From the NCBI GenBank assembly GCA_947501265.1, contig CANMVY010000002.1:21048-85047 (forward strand): a DNA stretch of 64,000 nucleotides, given 5' to 3'. Below, piece by piece: positions 61,051-64,000 of the stretch. The position numbers and the translations under genes were made by a program. The notes below the pieces were generated by a model, which was not told the DNA's origin, searched no databases, and saw nothing but the letters and a program-made list of their open reading frames with translations. Each line of letters begins with the position of its first letter. The first letter of the stretch is position 1. The DNA is from Bacteroidota bacterium (GTDB lineage: Bacteria; Bacteroidota; Bacteroidia; UBA7662; CANHCV01).

Positions 61051-62507
61051 TTCTGTTTTTCCCAAAGCTTCACCATCATACTCATTCGTGGATTTTTTCG
61101 GAAAGCATCGGCATTTCTTCCAATGAAGTCCCAATATTTCTGATTAAACGGGCAAGCATTAGGCCCAAGTTTTTCTTTGGGATTGTATTTGCAGTGCTGG
61201 CAATAGTTGCTCATTTTTTGAATGTAGTTCGCACTGGAGGCATACGGTTTGGTAGCTAATTTACCACCGTCGGCAAATTGGCTCATGCCTCTTGTATTGG
61301 GCAATTCCACCCATTCAAATGCATCGATATAAACCCCTAAATACCAGCGATCTACTTCATCGGGATCAATGCCTGAAATGAGCGCATAATTCCCAATAAT
61401 CATCAGCCGTTGAATGTGATGTGCATAGGCATGATCCAAGCTTTGCCCAATCGATTGAGATAGGCAATTGAGGTCTGTTTTTCCCGTCCAAAAAAAATCG
61501 GGTAATGGATTTTTATGATTGAAATGATTGAGTTTAGCGTATTGAGGCATTTCTGCCCAATAAATTCCACGAACGAATTCTCTCCAACCTAAAATTTGCC
61601 GAATGAATCCTTCCGCTTGATTGATTTTCACAACACCCTCTTGGTATGCACGCTCAACAGCTTGAATGACCTCCAATGGATGAAGCATTTTAACATTGAG
61701 TGCAAATGAAATTCTCGAATGAAACAAGAATCGTTCATTTTGCACCATAGAATCTTGGAAATCTCCAAACAGAGGAAGCAACCACTCCAGGAAATAATGA
61801 AACACCTGCAAAGCTTCCGTGCGATTGATGGGCCAAACCGAACACGAAGGGTTGATCTGACCCATGGTTTTCACCTTGGCCAATTCGAGTTCCTCCAACA
61901 GCGACCTCGCATCATGGGCAAACTCGAAGGGTGGAGGAACGGCACGCTTGGGATCCCATTTCTTCCGATTATCATGATCAAAATTCCATTTCCCCTCTAA
62001 AGGCTGGCCGTTTTCATCCACCAGAACGTTCCACTTCACCCGCATTTTCCGGTAGAAACTCTCCATTAAATACGTTTTTTTTCCAACGAACATTTCTTTT
62101 AGATCGGATCGATTCGTTAAAAAATGCTCGGCAGAAACCATCTTCACTTCTAAACCTAAGGATTTCAAAGATTTAAGATCTTCATCCACTCGAAATTCAT
62201 CGGGCTCCTGGTATTCAATCTGGTGGATTGAATATTCCTTCACGATCTTTTCAATGTTGGAAACGAAGGTCGATTGTTGATTGGAATCGGTAATTTTAAG
62301 GTATTCTACACGATGTCCCTTTTCTTTTAAATGCTGAGCGAGATGCCGCATTCCTAAGAAAATTCCAACCACTTTTTGAATGTGGTGAACCACATAATCG
62401 GTTTCAGATCGTACTTCTTGGAAAAGGTAAAGCACGTTGCTATCAACTTTTTGAAACCAAGAGTGCTTTTCATTCAATTGATCGCCTAGGACCAAACGAA
62501 GAATCAT
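61029..62507 (-). CDS. Cryptochrome/photolyase-family protein of the FeS-BCP (PhrB-like, COG3046) class
   Basis: The N-terminus [12 protein letters not shown] is typical of COG3046. The C-terminal half carries four Cys spaced as in the [4Fe-4S] photolyases: ..LNCLSQ.. then C-x2-C-x12-C (NYCQHCKYNPKEKLGPNACPF). Confidence 0.8.
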   Translation of the reverse strand: MILRLVLGDQLNEKHSWFQKVDSNVLYLFQEVRSETDYVVHHIQKVVGIFLGMRHLAQHLKEKGHRVEYLKITDSNQQSTFVSNIEKIVKEYSIHQIEYQEPDEFRVDEDLKSLKSLGLEVKMVSAEHFLTNRSDLKEMFVGKKTYLMESFYRKMRVKWNVLVDENGQPLEGKWNFDHDNRKKWDPKRAVPPPFEFAHDARSLLEELELAKVKTMGQINPSCSVWPINRTEALQVFHYFLEWLLPLFGDFQDSMVQNERFLFHSRISFALNVKMLHPLEVIQAVERAYQEGVVKINQAEGFIRQILGWREFVRGIYWAEMPQYAKLNHFNHKNPLPDFFWTGKTDLNCLSQSIGQSLDHAYAHHIQRLMIIGNYALISGIDPDEVDRWYLGVYIDAFEWVELPNTRGMSQFADGGKLATKPYASSANYIQKMSNYCQHCKYNPKEKLGPNACPFNQKYWDFIGRNADAFRKNPRMSMMVKLWEKQNQNNLSS

Positions 62508-62821
62508 CGTTTCGAAATTTTATTGAAGGAAATGTGCCTTTGTCGAGAACAATGAAAACGATCTATTTCTTCACTTCTGAGGTACTGATGTTTGGTAGCC
62601 CTTCCTTTGGTTCGCTTCCTCCACATTTTGAAGGAACTGGGTTTCATCCATGCCCGCATAAGTTTGATAACGCCATCCTGATTGATACCAAACTGATTTT
62701 CAATAGCTTCGAAAGGTGTTCGATCTTCCCAAGCCATTTCAATGATCCGATCAATTTGTTCGGCAGTGTATTCAGGATGCTTTATTTCTTCGGCATCGCT
62801 CGCTGCAATATTTAACATCAT
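62504..62821 (-). CDS. DUF2805/TIGR03643-family small protein
   Basis: The segment ..[44 protein letters not shown].. matches the family core. I place the start at ATG 62821 (or 62818); the track begins at GTG 62875. Its stop forms an ATGA overlap with the photolyase start. Confidence 0.7.
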   Translation of the reverse strand: MMLNIAASDAEEIKHPEYTAEQIDRIIEMAWEDRTPFEAIENQFGINQDGVIKLMRAWMKPSSFKMWRKRTKGRATKHQYLRSEEIDRFHCSRQRHISFNKISKR

Positions 62822-62946
62822 TCCAAACTTTTTCCCATTTTTTTCTCCATGAAAAAGGCCTTCCACAAACCTCACAATTTTTGGTTGGAAGAAAAGGCTT
62901 TTTGTGCATGTAATGAAAACATCGTACCTTTCGAATCGTTTTAAGC

Positions 62947-64000
<1,054 letters not shown>

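Overview
The window reads as a very gene-dense chromosomal segment from a Bacteroidota genome, probably Flavobacteriia-like. The taxonomic call is inferred from a T9SS type-B C-terminal sorting domain, a PorV/PorQ-like barrel, a CarboxypepD_reg-type TonB receptor, BshB1, TAnnTTTG promoter boxes and a near absence of Shine-Dalgarno sequences. I support about 60 protein-coding genes, two of them truncated at the window edges. Most are core housekeeping genes: ligA, dapA, gyrB, recN, rarA, fmt, purB, pyrD, aroA/aroB/DAHP synthase-chorismate mutase, fhs, pgi, manA, lipB, icd, ccmE/ccmF, kdsC and maf. I found no rRNA, tRNA, CRISPR array, transposase, integrase or phage gene. By my hand tally only about 1.2 kb of the 64 kb is intergenic (approximate). 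Many same-strand neighbours overlap by 4 nt (ATGA), and all six convergent gene pairs overlap at their 3' ends. This is not an obvious accessory island, and I see no recognisable defence or toxin system. The items most worth a second look are these. (1) A terminator-bounded gene string at 41043-48173 encodes a PorV/PorQ-like barrel, a His-containing 4-TM protein, two divergent tandem paralogues of an unrecognisable ~500-aa secreted protein, and a Met-zincin. (2) A perfect Bacteroidota -7 box (TAnnTTTG) sits 4-5 nt upstream of five start codons, which implies leaderless mRNAs. (3) A DUF3127 protein ends in an SSB-type acidic tip (..DENDLPF). (4) A CxxxY-variant CcmE is paired with CcmF, with no other ccm genes nearby. 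(5) A translationally coupled small-Cys-membrane-protein/thioredoxin/rhodanese/OsmC/thioredoxin-fold cluster lies at 5876-7625. (6) An untracked 56-codon Cys-rich ORF overlaps the purB stop codon. (7) A single canonical AGGAGG precedes the agmatinase gene. All functional calls come from motif recognition by eye; no database search was run.
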